Below are positions 27,634 through 37,032 of a stretch of 64,000 bases of DNA, piece after piece. The position numbers and the translations under genes were made by a program. Each line of letters opens with the position of its first letter. The first letter of the stretch is position 1. The DNA is taken from assembly GCA_964507055.1 (NCBI GenBank), contig CAZDOJ010000001.1:141210-205209 (forward strand). Reading direction: 5' to 3'. Under the pieces are notes generated by a model. The model did not search any database. It was not told where the DNA came from and saw nothing but the letters and a program-made list of their open reading frames with translations. The stretch is from an uncultured Gammaproteobacteria bacterium (GTDB taxonomy: Bacteria > Patescibacteriota > Microgenomatia > Levybacterales > UBA12049).

Positions 27634-29148
27634 TCAGTCTTGTAATTGACTTAGAGACTCCATGAGAAAAGGATTTGCACTACTTGTATCGAAAGAACGA
27701 TAATTTTGGATCTTCTTTTGGTTTTTTATATTCTTTAGATATTGTCGTAATATTTTGTACATATCCAAATCAAATGTCACATCTTGTATAAGATCATCTT
27801 TGACATTGCCTTCAGTGTCTACGTGCACATTGCCGATATAGCACCAGTTATCAACAATAAAATATTCTTTCTTTCCATCAATTGCATCTTCCTGGATAGT
27901 AATTGGTCCTGCATACGGCCAAGGGATAATTTTTGTTCCAATGAGTGATGTTTCAAGCCTGAGATTATATATTTCTGGTCTTTCCAGATTTACACATGCT
28001 CCTTTACATCGCTCAAGCCGGTGAGCAAAACATGCTGCACTAGTTTTTTCCAATCCCAGTAGTTTTTCGCACAGTGAATACTCCTTGGCAATAGTTGCCA
28101 AAAATGCCTTAGCTTGCTTACGCGATCTAAAGAATCCCAAAAAGTTCTCTAATCCATCGGGGGTTATTTGCGTAATTGGTTCAAGAAAACATTCTTTGTA
28201 TCCTTGTTTATTCAATCGACTTTTTAGTGCTATCAATTCATGCTTTATTCGGGATCGTTTATTATAGATTGGAAGCATTTCTTTGATCATTTTTGACTCA
28301 AGAAAGAGTGCTCCCAATTCTCCAGCAGTTGTTATCGTTTCGATACTTTCTATTTGTTGGGATATCTTCATTTCAGTTGAGGAAGCAAGATCTGCTGAGA
28401 AATGACTCAGTACACGGTTGCGGATGTTGACGCTTTTCCCAACGTAGAGAGGAATAAGACTTTTTGTTTCATACTTTGGTTTATCACCAAGTTTTAGTTG
28501 ATCAGCTTTTGTATCATCAGGACCATAGAAGATATAGACTCCGGGTTTATCCGGAAGTTTTTCCAATTCTTCCATCGGAAGTTTGATAGGGAGCGATGGC
28601 TTCTTCATCGTTTTTGCTAAAGCCTGCAAAACAATTTCTGGTTCCAATGTTTTTTGAATATGATTGTAGAATTCAAAGAGTACTTTCGCGTCATCAAATG
28701 CTCTATGACGGCTTTCGCATTCGATATTGCACTGTTGTATCAATGCATCCAGATTATGTCGTTGCCATTGTGGATAGAGTATTCTTGAAAGCCTGACCGT
28801 ACAAAAATGTTTGGCATTATATGTGATATTCTCCCGCATGAGTTCTTGTTTCAAAAAACTGTAATCAAAGCGGACATTGTGTGCAACAAAAGTACAATCA
28901 GCAAGGATTTCAATGATGTCATCTTTCACAGCACGGAAAGTTGGTGCATTCTCCAAATCTTTTCCGCGAATACCTGTAAGCGATGTTATTTCTTGTGGGA
29001 TATATGTTTGTGGGTTAATGAGCGTTTGGAACGTATCGACAAGTTCGTTATCTTCAACTCTGAGGATACCAATTTCAATAATTCTATTACGAGAGGCACT
29101 TGTACCGGTGGTTTCGATATCAACGAAGGCTAACTTTGAAGGCAGCAT
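27634..29148 (-). CDS. DnaQ-like DEDDh 3'-5' exonuclease fused to GIY-YIG nuclease domain (UvrC/Cho-like)
   Basis: Exo I FVDIETTG, Exo II VAHNVRFDYSFL, Exo III HRAFDDAKV; then GVYIFYG...LYVGKSVNIRNRV GIY-YIG motif. Confidence 0.75.
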   Translation of the reverse strand: MLPSKLAFVDIETTGTSASRNRIIEIGILRVEDNELVDTFQTLINPQTYIPQEITSLTGIRGKDLENAPTFRAVKDDIIEILADCTFVAHNVRFDYSFLKQELMRENITYNAKHFCTVRLSRILYPQWQRHNLDALIQQCNIECESRHRAFDDAKVLFEFYNHIQKTLEPEIVLQALAKTMKKPSLPIKLPMEELEKLPDKPGVYIFYGPDDTKADQLKLGDKPKYETKSLIPLYVGKSVNIRNRVLSHFSADLASSTEMKISQQIESIETITTAGELGALFLESKMIKEMLPIYNKRSRIKHELIALKSRLNKQGYKECFLEPITQITPDGLENFLGFFRSRKQAKAFLATIAKEYSLCEKLLGLEKTSAACFAHRLERCKGACVNLERPEIYNLRLETSLIGTKIIPWPYAGPITIQEDAIDGKKEYFIVDNWCYIGNVHVDTEGNVKDDLIQDVTFDLDMYKILRQYLKNIKNQKKIQNYRSFDTSSANPFLMESLSQLQD

Positions 29149-29200
29149 AGGAAAGAAATAATAACAAATTCGTATTTTCTTTGCAATCTCAGCTATTCAC

Positions 29201-29980
29201 TTGATTTGCGGTGGATCATATGGGACAATTCTTTGGATTATGCCGCGTACTGAATCATTTCCTTGGAGAAGAAAACCAACCTCTGCAGATCGAATAAAGT
29301 CTTTTTTAGAACAGCAACCACAAACAGATGGCTCAGATGCAACTGAAATCTATAATTCAAATGCAAGAGTAACTGTAAAAGAGCGTTTGTCAAAAGCACG
29401 AAAACAATATGACTCATTTATGTATGAGCATGGACGAACGATTGCAGATACTGCTACAAGAGCAAGGAGAATTGGTGGAATAGTCGAATCAGGTTTGATT
29501 CTTTCAAACAAACCAAAAGTTGCGAGAGCCGTTAGTATTCCTGTTTTGGCAACGGATTTAGTTGATGGGCATTCTGCCCGCAAACATAAAGATGGTGCGA
29601 CATTTTCTGGCGGGATGGAAGATCAGAAAGTCGATAAGGAGCGTTCGCTTATGGTTGAGGCAGCTTTGGTTGCAAAAGGAAGAATGGATTGGAAGCATCT
29701 CGCAATACGAGCTGGTTCAGATTTTGTTATGAATAAAGTAATCCGTCCATATTTTCAAGAGAAAGGAATTGATACAAAAGCAGGGTGGGCTGGTAAGGCA
29801 AGTTCTGCAAGTGTCGCTGTAGCAGAAGTTTCAGCAATGGGAGAGAGCAATCCGCAATTTATCCAGAATACTGCAACTGGTGCAAAGGTTGGGCGAGTTA
29901 TTGTTTATACATTCCAATGGGGAAGAGAGTTGAAAAAAAAGAATAAAGAGCAGAAACTGGATCTACCTCATGCCGCTTAG
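29201..29980 (+). CDS. Hypothetical protein (unknown function)
   Basis: 259-aa ORF, hydrophilic; contains near-match to CDP-alcohol phosphotransferase signature (DLVDGHSAR-x9-GGMEDQKVD) but no TM helices; start uncertain. Confidence 0.4.
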   Translation: MICGGSYGTILWIMPRTESFPWRRKPTSADRIKSFLEQQPQTDGSDATEIYNSNARVTVKERLSKARKQYDSFMYEHGRTIADTATRARRIGGIVESGLILSNKPKVARAVSIPVLATDLVDGHSARKHKDGATFSGGMEDQKVDKERSLMVEAALVAKGRMDWKHLAIRAGSDFVMNKVIRPYFQEKGIDTKAGWAGKASSASVAVAEVSAMGESNPQFIQNTATGAKVGRVIVYTFQWGRELKKKNKEQKLDLPHAA

Positions 29981-30864
29981 TTATCTTGATTAAGTGCTTC
30001 TAATTCTTCTTTTGCATCGGGAATATCTCCTGCAAGAATAATAGGTAAGTTTTTCCATGATTTATTAATTCGATGATCTGTTAGTCGATCTTGTGGGAAA
30101 TTATATGTTTTAATTTTCTCAGAACGGTCACCTCGTCCGACTTGTGTTGATCGGAGGGAGGAGATTTCATTTTCTCGTTTTGTAATTTCAATTTCCCAGA
30201 GTTTTGCACGAAGTAATTGCATCGCAATTTCGCGATTTTGTAACTGTGATCGCTCGACAGAAGTTGTTACCACGAGTCCTGAAGGTACATGTTTCAAACG
30301 TACAGCAGTTGATACCTTGTTTACATTCTGCCCACCGTGTCCACCTGATCTGAATGCTTCAAATTCAATGTCGTCAGGATTAATATGCAAATCGATATCA
30401 TCAAGTTCTGGGAGAATAGAGATAGTTGCAGTAGAAGTATGGACGCGCCCCTTTTTTTCAGTTACCGGAATTCTTTGAACTCTATGTACACCAGCTTCAT
30501 ATTTGAAATCCCCAAATGCTCCTCGTCCAATTATTTTAATTGTATTTTCTTCCAATTGTTCAACTTGATAGCCTTTTTTTTGTGCTGCTCGGACATACAT
30601 ACGCATCAATTCTTCAGCCCAAATTTTGGCTTCGTCACCACCTGCTGCACCACTTAATTCAAGAATGATGTTTCTATGGTCGTAACTATCCTCATCCTTA
30701 GCGTTTGAAGCAGCAATACTATCTTCAATCACTTTCTTTTGCTCTTCAAGATCAGCAATTTCAAGTTCTGCCAATTCTTTCATAGCAGGGTCAGTAAGAA
30801 GTGCTTTGGTTTCCTCGATTTTTGCTTCAAGTTCTTGGATTTGTGTATAACGGTAGTCGTTCAT
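29977..30864 (-). CDS. prfA: Peptide chain release factor 1 (short N-terminal domain)
   Basis: GGQ motif FRSGGHGGQNVNK; RIPVTE (PxT-type tripeptide region); YNFPQDRLTDHRIN is RF1-type; 295 aa. Confidence 0.7.
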   Translation of the reverse strand: MNDYRYTQIQELEAKIEETKALLTDPAMKELAELEIADLEEQKKVIEDSIAASNAKDEDSYDHRNIILELSGAAGGDEAKIWAEELMRMYVRAAQKKGYQVEQLEENTIKIIGRGAFGDFKYEAGVHRVQRIPVTEKKGRVHTSTATISILPELDDIDLHINPDDIEFEAFRSGGHGGQNVNKVSTAVRLKHVPSGLVVTTSVERSQLQNREIAMQLLRAKLWEIEITKRENEISSLRSTQVGRGDRSEKIKTYNFPQDRLTDHRINKSWKNLPIILAGDIPDAKEELEALNQDN

Positions 30865-30918
30865 TGTGAGGTGTGTTCGATTGGCCGAGAAGACGGTTCG
30901 AGACAGAATAGAGCGTGG

Positions 30919-31218
30919 CTATTTAAGGCCCATAAGCATTTCGCGGAGTGACTTTGGTCCTGACTGACTTCTCTTTTTATCTTCAACCTTTTTCGTAACA
31001 GTAGCTTTGTATTCTGTAGCTTTTTGCTGCTTGGTTTGGAATTTTTGGATACGTGAAGCACTATCTACAAATCTTTGCTCACCTGTATAGAACGGATGGC
31101 ATTTGTAGCACAATTCAACATTGATTTTTTCTTGCGTAGAACCTACATGAAATTGATTTCCGCAAACACATGTTACTTGTGCTTCACTGAAATACTTTGG
31201 ATGGATATTTGCTTTCAT
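30919..31218 (-). CDS. rpmE: 50S ribosomal protein L31 (with C-terminal basic extension)
   Basis: MKANIHPKY...CxC...CYKCHPFYTG zinc-ribbon pattern of bL31. Confidence 0.75.
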   Translation of the reverse strand: MKANIHPKYFSEAQVTCVCGNQFHVGSTQEKINVELCYKCHPFYTGEQRFVDSASRIQKFQTKQQKATEYKATVTKKVEDKKRSQSGPKSLREMLMGLK

Positions 31219-31273
31219 GAAATCTATTATAGCCTAAATGAACCTAATTGACAAGGCCCCTTCAAGGCTAGAT

Positions 31274-32197
31274 TTATTTCTTAACATGGTGGAGTTTGTG
31301 GAAGGGAAATTTCCCTTCCGCGGCAAAAATTCCGATAAACACCAAAAGTGAACCCATAGCAAAAGTTGGAGTAATTTGCTCGCCAAGAAGCGGTACCGCC
31401 ACAACTATTGTTGTCAATGTCGCAACATAAAGGAATATTCCTGATTCATTTGCCTTTATATATTTCAGTCCGAAGGAGAAGAGGAGATAGGCTATCAATG
31501 ATGAAAAGATAATCCCATAACCTAGTCCAAAGGCTCCTTGATAATTGAGATCTGTCAAAAATCCGTATTTATAGGTTTCTGATAGGGCTAACGGTAGAAC
31601 TGCGAGCGATCCAATAAGAAAACTCCAAAAAGTGAGAGTCATTGGTGAATACTTTTGAACGATATCTTTTACCAAAAGTGTATGAACTAACGCTGAAAGT
31701 GCGGCCATTAAAAAGAGGACATTTCCAAGGAGTCGATCTGGAGATCCTTGTTCTAATAATGGGCGAAGTATAATAAAGAGTACACCTGCCAAACTTATGA
31801 ATGTGCCAATGGCAGTTTTTAGCTTGATCTTTTCGTGGAGGAAGAAAACTGCGAAGAGCATAAGAAAGATTGGTGACATAGCATCAATGACTGAACCGTT
31901 GATACTTGGTGCTAACTGTAATCCGAGGAACCAAAAAGTTACTGTTAATGTGACGCCTGTGATTGCGAGTACAATTATTCTTCCATAATCGGTCTTTGCT
32001 ATGTGAAGCCGCTTATATACAAATGGAAGGAGCAGTAATGCAGCAATGAAAAATCTCAGAAAGAGAAATGTGAATGGTTGTATATTCTCTAATGCCCATT
32101 TATAGATAGGGAAGGATGCTCCCCAGATAATGTTACAGAGAGTGAGTGCAATGATTGCCAGGTGCATTTTGGACAGTTTCATAATAGACGGGCTCAC
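31274..32197 (-). CDS. DMT-superfamily transporter (two EamA domains)
   Basis: 10 TM, duplicated EamA-like halves. Confidence 0.75.
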   Translation of the reverse strand: MSPSIMKLSKMHLAIIALTLCNIIWGASFPIYKWALENIQPFTFLFLRFFIAALLLLPFVYKRLHIAKTDYGRIIVLAITGVTLTVTFWFLGLQLAPSINGSVIDAMSPIFLMLFAVFFLHEKIKLKTAIGTFISLAGVLFIILRPLLEQGSPDRLLGNVLFLMAALSALVHTLLVKDIVQKYSPMTLTFWSFLIGSLAVLPLALSETYKYGFLTDLNYQGAFGLGYGIIFSSLIAYLLFSFGLKYIKANESGIFLYVATLTTIVVAVPLLGEQITPTFAMGSLLVFIGIFAAEGKFPFHKLHHVKK

Positions 32198-32233
32198 TTT
32201 TAGTATATACCTGTTGAGTTCTATTGCGAAGGG

Positions 32234-33433
32234 TTATTTAAGAAGTTTGATTGCTTCACTTAAAGGAAGCTGTTTTTGCTCACGGGTTTGCATGTCTTTC
32301 AGGTTTACAACATTTTTTTCAACTTCTTCCGGTCCGATGACAATGACATACGGGATATTCTTTTGATTAGCATACTTTAACTGTTTATCCATTTTTGTAT
32401 TGGCATCTAACCATAATTCTGTCTGTATACCATTTTCTCGTAATTCTGTTGCAGTACTGACCGAAACATTAATGACTGAGTCATTAAATACTGTGACGAG
32501 AACAGATGCTGTAGCATTCACTTCTTCAGGAAAGAGGCTTAACTCTGTCATAGCTTCAATAATCCTATCAAATCCAAAAGCGAAACCGACTGCAGGAAAG
32601 TCTTTATTGGTAAAAAGACCAAGAAGATTGTCATATCTACCGCCACCACCAACGGAGCCTGTAGGATATGCTGGTAATTCTACTTCAAGAATCATTCCTG
32701 TATAGTAATCGAGGCCTCGTGCTAGAGTGGGCTCAAATACCATTTTACTTTTATCAACGCCCATTTTTTCTGCCATGTCCATAATTACCTGGGTATCTTC
32801 TGTAATAGTCGCGTCTTGTACGTTCTTTAAATCATTCTTTGAAAATCCTTTTCCTTCAAGTTCCTTGATGACATTATCTTCTCCAACTTTTTTCAATTTA
32901 TCGATAGTAATAATTGCATCGATCGGGAGTGTCCCAAAAACTTTTCTATCATTAATCAGTATTCGATAATCCCGAAACCCTAACTTTTCCAAAGATTGAG
33001 CAACAACTGCGACAATTTCGCTATCAACTGTCAGAGATGAAAGTCCGACACTATCAATGTCGCATTGGATAAACTCTCGATATCTTCCTTTTTGTGTATT
33101 TTCAGCTCTCCAGACATTTTGAATCTGATAGCGTTTAAATGGAGTAGAGAGATCGTTTTGATATTGTGCCACAACTCGAGCTAAAGGAACTGTTTGATCA
33201 TATCGCATCGCAACACGACGCTTACCATTATCTTCGAAGCGATACATCAATTTCTCGCCTTCATCACCATATTTGCCTGCGAGAACTTCTTCATATTCTA
33301 GAGTTGGTGTTTCAAGAGGTTCGAATCCAAATTTCTCAAAAACAGTTCGTAATTTTGTAATAACGTATTGACGTTTTCTCGCTTCTTGAGGCAAAAAATC
33401 GCGAAAACCTTTTAATGTTTGAGTCTTTATCAT
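32234..33433 (-). CDS. hisS: Histidine--tRNA ligase
   Basis: Class II motifs: GFRDFLP, RYDQT..., GGGRYDNL; C-terminal anticodon-binding domain. Confidence 0.9.
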   Translation of the reverse strand: MIKTQTLKGFRDFLPQEARKRQYVITKLRTVFEKFGFEPLETPTLEYEEVLAGKYGDEGEKLMYRFEDNGKRRVAMRYDQTVPLARVVAQYQNDLSTPFKRYQIQNVWRAENTQKGRYREFIQCDIDSVGLSSLTVDSEIVAVVAQSLEKLGFRDYRILINDRKVFGTLPIDAIITIDKLKKVGEDNVIKELEGKGFSKNDLKNVQDATITEDTQVIMDMAEKMGVDKSKMVFEPTLARGLDYYTGMILEVELPAYPTGSVGGGGRYDNLLGLFTNKDFPAVGFAFGFDRIIEAMTELSLFPEEVNATASVLVTVFNDSVINVSVSTATELRENGIQTELWLDANTKMDKQLKYANQKNIPYVIVIGPEEVEKNVVNLKDMQTREQKQLPLSEAIKLLK

Positions 33434-33478
33434 GGCTCTATAATACCATATTGTAGAGGATTTTCGAAGGCTGTGTCA

Positions 33479-34783
33479 TTATTGCTTGTTCATTTTTGAA
33501 CCAGCGGCAACTATCCCTATAGCAGGTGCAGCTGCTACTGCAGTTGATGCAGCGGCGGCAACAGCAACCGTTGTAAGAAATGCTTTACCAAGTGCCTTTA
33601 GAAACCTTTTCATGAATCCAAGTTTCTTGGCCTCAGCAGTGTTACCGTCTTTTTCTGCCTTTGCTATCTGTTCATCTAAGCTTTCAGCTGTGGCATTTGC
33701 AGCAGCAGCGGCACCTTCAGGACCTCCAATTTCTTTATTTGCGGCTCCAGCTTTTACTCCTGCTTTAACTGCTTCTGCCTGATCAGGATTCTCAGCAATT
33801 AAATCTAGTACCGCTTGGCCTTCAGGACTATTGATATCCACTCCCAACTTTACAAGTTCTTGTACTTCTTGCATTACTTGTTTTCTTTCTTCAACAGCTT
33901 TTTGCTCTGGAGTAAGTTCTGTGTCCTTATTTGTATCGGCAACTTCATTTGCGATTTGTTCAGCTTCTGCTTTTACTGTTGCAGGTGTCGCTTCAGGTGG
34001 GGGAACAGCTTCACTTGTAGCTTCGACTTTAGCACCTTGGGCTCTTTCTGCTGCGGAAGGTTCTTTATATTGTGCTTGTCCTTCCCAGTCCTGCCAGTCT
34101 TTTTTGACTTGTTCTGCTGTTGGTTGCTCATTTGATGGGGGAGTTGGTACGGTTTGCTCTGCTCCTTGAGGTGCTGCTGGTTGACCGGCTTCGGCCTGTT
34201 GCTTAAGCATATCTTCTGCCCCTTGAGATACTTGCTTTTCCATATCACTTAATGCTTTCTTTGCTAGGTCATTTCCTTCAGCAGCAAGTTTTTGAAGATC
34301 TTCAGGTTTTAGATCCATCATCTCATTTAATCGTGCCTGTTGAGCATCAAGGCTATGTTGATCCTGGTCTACTCCAGTAGCTTGTGCTGCTGCTGGTTGT
34401 TCTGTATTTGGGACAGGTGGGTTTGGGTTTTCTACGGATAGTTTAGGATCTTCCGCAGGTGCAATTGGTGATTGTGCTTCTCCGGTAGCAGGTTGTTGTC
34501 CATCTACCGGTGCATCTCCCAATTTGCCTGCTTGCATATCTGCAAACTCTTGTTCTAATGCACCTGGTGTTAGGCTGTCACCGCGATTTGCCAAATCTTC
34601 AAAAGTTTTGGCTTCTGGATTCGAAGTTCCTTGTTCAGTAGCAGCCTTTACTTGATCTTCAATTTTTGCTGCACTATCCTGTCCTGCATTTGGTTTCTCT
34701 GGTCCTGCTGTTTGTGGCACCTCTGCAGGCTTTGGTGCTTCGGGGGCTTTGACTTCTACTGGTGGAGCTGTTGTCTCAGGCAT
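33479..34783 (-). CDS. Acidic Pro/Ala/Glu/Gln-rich intrinsically disordered protein with C-terminal TM anchor
   Basis: 434 aa, low complexity throughout, single C-terminal hydrophobic helix AFLTTVAVAAAASTAVAAAPAIGIVAAG; higher local GC; start overlaps upstream stop (ATGCCTGA). Confidence 0.5.
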   Translation of the reverse strand: MPETTAPPVEVKAPEAPKPAEVPQTAGPEKPNAGQDSAAKIEDQVKAATEQGTSNPEAKTFEDLANRGDSLTPGALEQEFADMQAGKLGDAPVDGQQPATGEAQSPIAPAEDPKLSVENPNPPVPNTEQPAAAQATGVDQDQHSLDAQQARLNEMMDLKPEDLQKLAAEGNDLAKKALSDMEKQVSQGAEDMLKQQAEAGQPAAPQGAEQTVPTPPSNEQPTAEQVKKDWQDWEGQAQYKEPSAAERAQGAKVEATSEAVPPPEATPATVKAEAEQIANEVADTNKDTELTPEQKAVEERKQVMQEVQELVKLGVDINSPEGQAVLDLIAENPDQAEAVKAGVKAGAANKEIGGPEGAAAAANATAESLDEQIAKAEKDGNTAEAKKLGFMKRFLKALGKAFLTTVAVAAAASTAVAAAPAIGIVAAGSKMNKQ

Positions 34784-35117
34784 TTGTTGGAACTCCTTTC
34801 GCTACATTGATTGCATGATCTATATTTCCGTTTTGAATATGTTGGCTCATAAGTTCAAGCTTTTTTAATCGATCCTCTTCTTCTAATGGTTTTGCATATT
34901 TCAAATAAGTTCCTTTTGCTTCAATATGAGCTTGGCTAAATTTATAGAGTTTATCGAGGAGATCTCTTTTATCCTGCATAGGGAGTAGCGTTAAGAATTC
35001 TTTGGCCATTTGTCTTCCTTGGTCTTCAGTCATACGATTTTGTTTCAGGTTGGTGATGATTGCTTGAAGTAAATCTTTTTCAATATCTACAGTAATTGTC
35101 TGCATTGATTGGTCCAT
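34776..35117 (-). CDS. Small helical cytoplasmic hypothetical protein, translationally coupled to the downstream disordered protein
   Basis: 113-aa ORF; 8-nt overlap with next gene. Confidence 0.45.
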   Translation of the reverse strand: MDQSMQTITVDIEKDLLQAIITNLKQNRMTEDQGRQMAKEFLTLLPMQDKRDLLDKLYKFSQAHIEAKGTYLKYAKPLEEEDRLKKLELMSQHIQNGNIDHAINVAKGVPTNA

Positions 35118-35158
35118 AATACTACTATAAGAAATGTCAGACTTTTATGCAAGCAGAG

Positions 35159-36247
35159 TTATATTGTTAAGAGGGTGTTTTTTGAATGTGTTAGTTTTAT
35201 GAGTTTATCTTCTTTGATTGTGAAGACATCTTCTATACGTACACCAAACTCTCCAGGAATATGGATTCCAGGCTCGAAAGTAAAAACCATACCAGATTCA
35301 AGGAAGGCTTTCGAGCGTGGATTGAGAAGGGGATACTCGTGTATTTCAATCGCAACTCCATGACCTAAAGAATAGGGGAAGGCTGGGTATCCTTTTGCGA
35401 TAATGTAATCACGGGCTACTTTGTCTGTTTCAAAGGCAGATATTTTTTCTTTTGCAGCAAGTTTCTCTTCAACAAAAGCAATTGCAGCTTGTTGAGCCTC
35501 ATATGCCACTTGGAACATATCTTTTTGCTTTTCGGGCGGATTGCCAATAAAAAAAGTTCGAGTAACGTCTGCACAGTATCCATCGATCTTTGCACCGAAA
35601 TCGATTAATACTGCATCCTGTTCTTTTAGTTTCGTTGATCCAGATAAATGATGAGGAACAGAAGCATTTTTGCCAAAGGCTACTATTGACCGAAAACTTG
35701 TTTCTGCGTCTTGTTGGGAAAAGTATTTACTTATCGCATATGCAACTGCTTTTTCAGTTATGCCAGGCTTAATAAATGAGAGTAAATAGTCAAAAGCATC
35801 GTCAGTCAATTTGCATGCTTTTTGGATTGTTTCCAGCTCGGAAGATTCTTTTAATGCACGTAGTTGCGAGAGGTTACAGTTTTGGATATCTATCGAGAGT
35901 GGTGTTAATCTTTCATATTCTGCAACGGTTAGGTTATCAGTTTCAACACCAAGTCTTTCGATATGATGCTCTTTTACCAAACGCTTTAAGGATTGAGAAA
36001 GAGGTTCATCTCTCGTCATTTCAACAAGTGAGAGGTGGGGGATTTCTGTACCCATAGCTTCTGCGTACAATGCATGAGTAAAAATATATCCCTTAGTTTT
36101 TGTTACTAAAACATATGCGTCTCGCTCTTCTGGGACAAACCCGCCATAACCTGTGAGATAGCTAATATTTGGAGTTGATGAAATAAGTACTGCATCAAAA
36201 GATTGTTCTATAAGGATTTTACGAAGTTTCTCTATACGGGATTCCAT
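35159..36247 (-). CDS. M24B Xaa-Pro aminopeptidase/dipeptidase
   Basis: Creatinase-N-like N-term; pita-bread domain with HGVAIEIHE, metal ligands D..D..H..E..E pattern. Confidence 0.8.
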   Translation of the reverse strand: MESRIEKLRKILIEQSFDAVLISSTPNISYLTGYGGFVPEERDAYVLVTKTKGYIFTHALYAEAMGTEIPHLSLVEMTRDEPLSQSLKRLVKEHHIERLGVETDNLTVAEYERLTPLSIDIQNCNLSQLRALKESSELETIQKACKLTDDAFDYLLSFIKPGITEKAVAYAISKYFSQQDAETSFRSIVAFGKNASVPHHLSGSTKLKEQDAVLIDFGAKIDGYCADVTRTFFIGNPPEKQKDMFQVAYEAQQAAIAFVEEKLAAKEKISAFETDKVARDYIIAKGYPAFPYSLGHGVAIEIHEYPLLNPRSKAFLESGMVFTFEPGIHIPGEFGVRIEDVFTIKEDKLIKLTHSKNTLLTI

Positions 36248-36250
36248 TTT

Positions 36251-37027
36251 CTAGCGTGTAGTAGTTCTTGTCGCGGGAGTTGGTGTTGTTGCCGTTGCCG
36301 CAGAACTTGCTGGTGCTGCTGCTGAAATATTAATTCGAGGATCTTTTGGTATGCCGATAAAATCAACAAGTCTACTTGCAGCTATAACATTTGCATCTGT
36401 TCGACTAGCTGAGCCGGCAAATGAAACTCTATCACCAACAGCTATTTTTGAAAATCCATATTTAACCAATCCATCTTCTGGTGTGTATGAGGAAAGCTTT
36501 GTTGAAGTTTCAACATCAACTTTAATTTCTTTTTGCTCCGGTGTCATTACTGTCAATTGAAACCCTTTTACATCGATTGCAGTTACAGCTCCGCTATAGA
36601 TTGTCGGAGTTGCATAGGTGCTGATATATCGAGCTAACAACCTTTTCGATTGTTTATTATAAATTCCAAGAACACTAATCTTGGTTCCTTTTGTTATATC
36701 TGAAATCCCAAAGTTCTTATTGCCTGTAGAAGAGAACTTAGTAATCTCATCAACGTCTACGAACCGATTGTTGCCTTCATTATCAGATAATGTTAATTGA
36801 TTACCTTTTACTTCAGTTACTGTGCCGATTAATCCACGCTTTTCAACAAGATTCAATTCTGAAACTCGTGAAGCAATTTTTTCTTTGAGCTGATTTATCT
36901 GACTATCAAGTTTTTCTTTGACTGCGTCATCAGTTTTTGTAGGAGCGGGAGTTGCTGTTGTTGCATACGCTTGTCCAGCGGAAACTCCAAAGAAAAGGAT
37001 TGTACTCAAAAATAATGCTTTTTTCAT
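36251..37027 (-). CDS. Secreted hypothetical protein with Thr/Ala/Pro-rich C-terminus
   Basis: Signal peptide MKKALFLSTILFFGVSAGQAYA; beta-rich repeats. Confidence 0.5.
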   Translation of the reverse strand: MKKALFLSTILFFGVSAGQAYATTATPAPTKTDDAVKEKLDSQINQLKEKIASRVSELNLVEKRGLIGTVTEVKGNQLTLSDNEGNNRFVDVDEITKFSSTGNKNFGISDITKGTKISVLGIYNKQSKRLLARYISTYATPTIYSGAVTAIDVKGFQLTVMTPEQKEIKVDVETSTKLSSYTPEDGLVKYGFSKIAVGDRVSFAGSASRTDANVIAASRLVDFIGIPKDPRINISAAAPASSAATATTPTPATRTTTR

Positions 37028-37032
37028 AATTA

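Noticed and set aside
29560-29640. CDP-alcohol phosphotransferase motif in ORF 29201-29980
   Set aside because: Spacing is off by one residue and the protein lacks any transmembrane helices, so it was judged a chance match.
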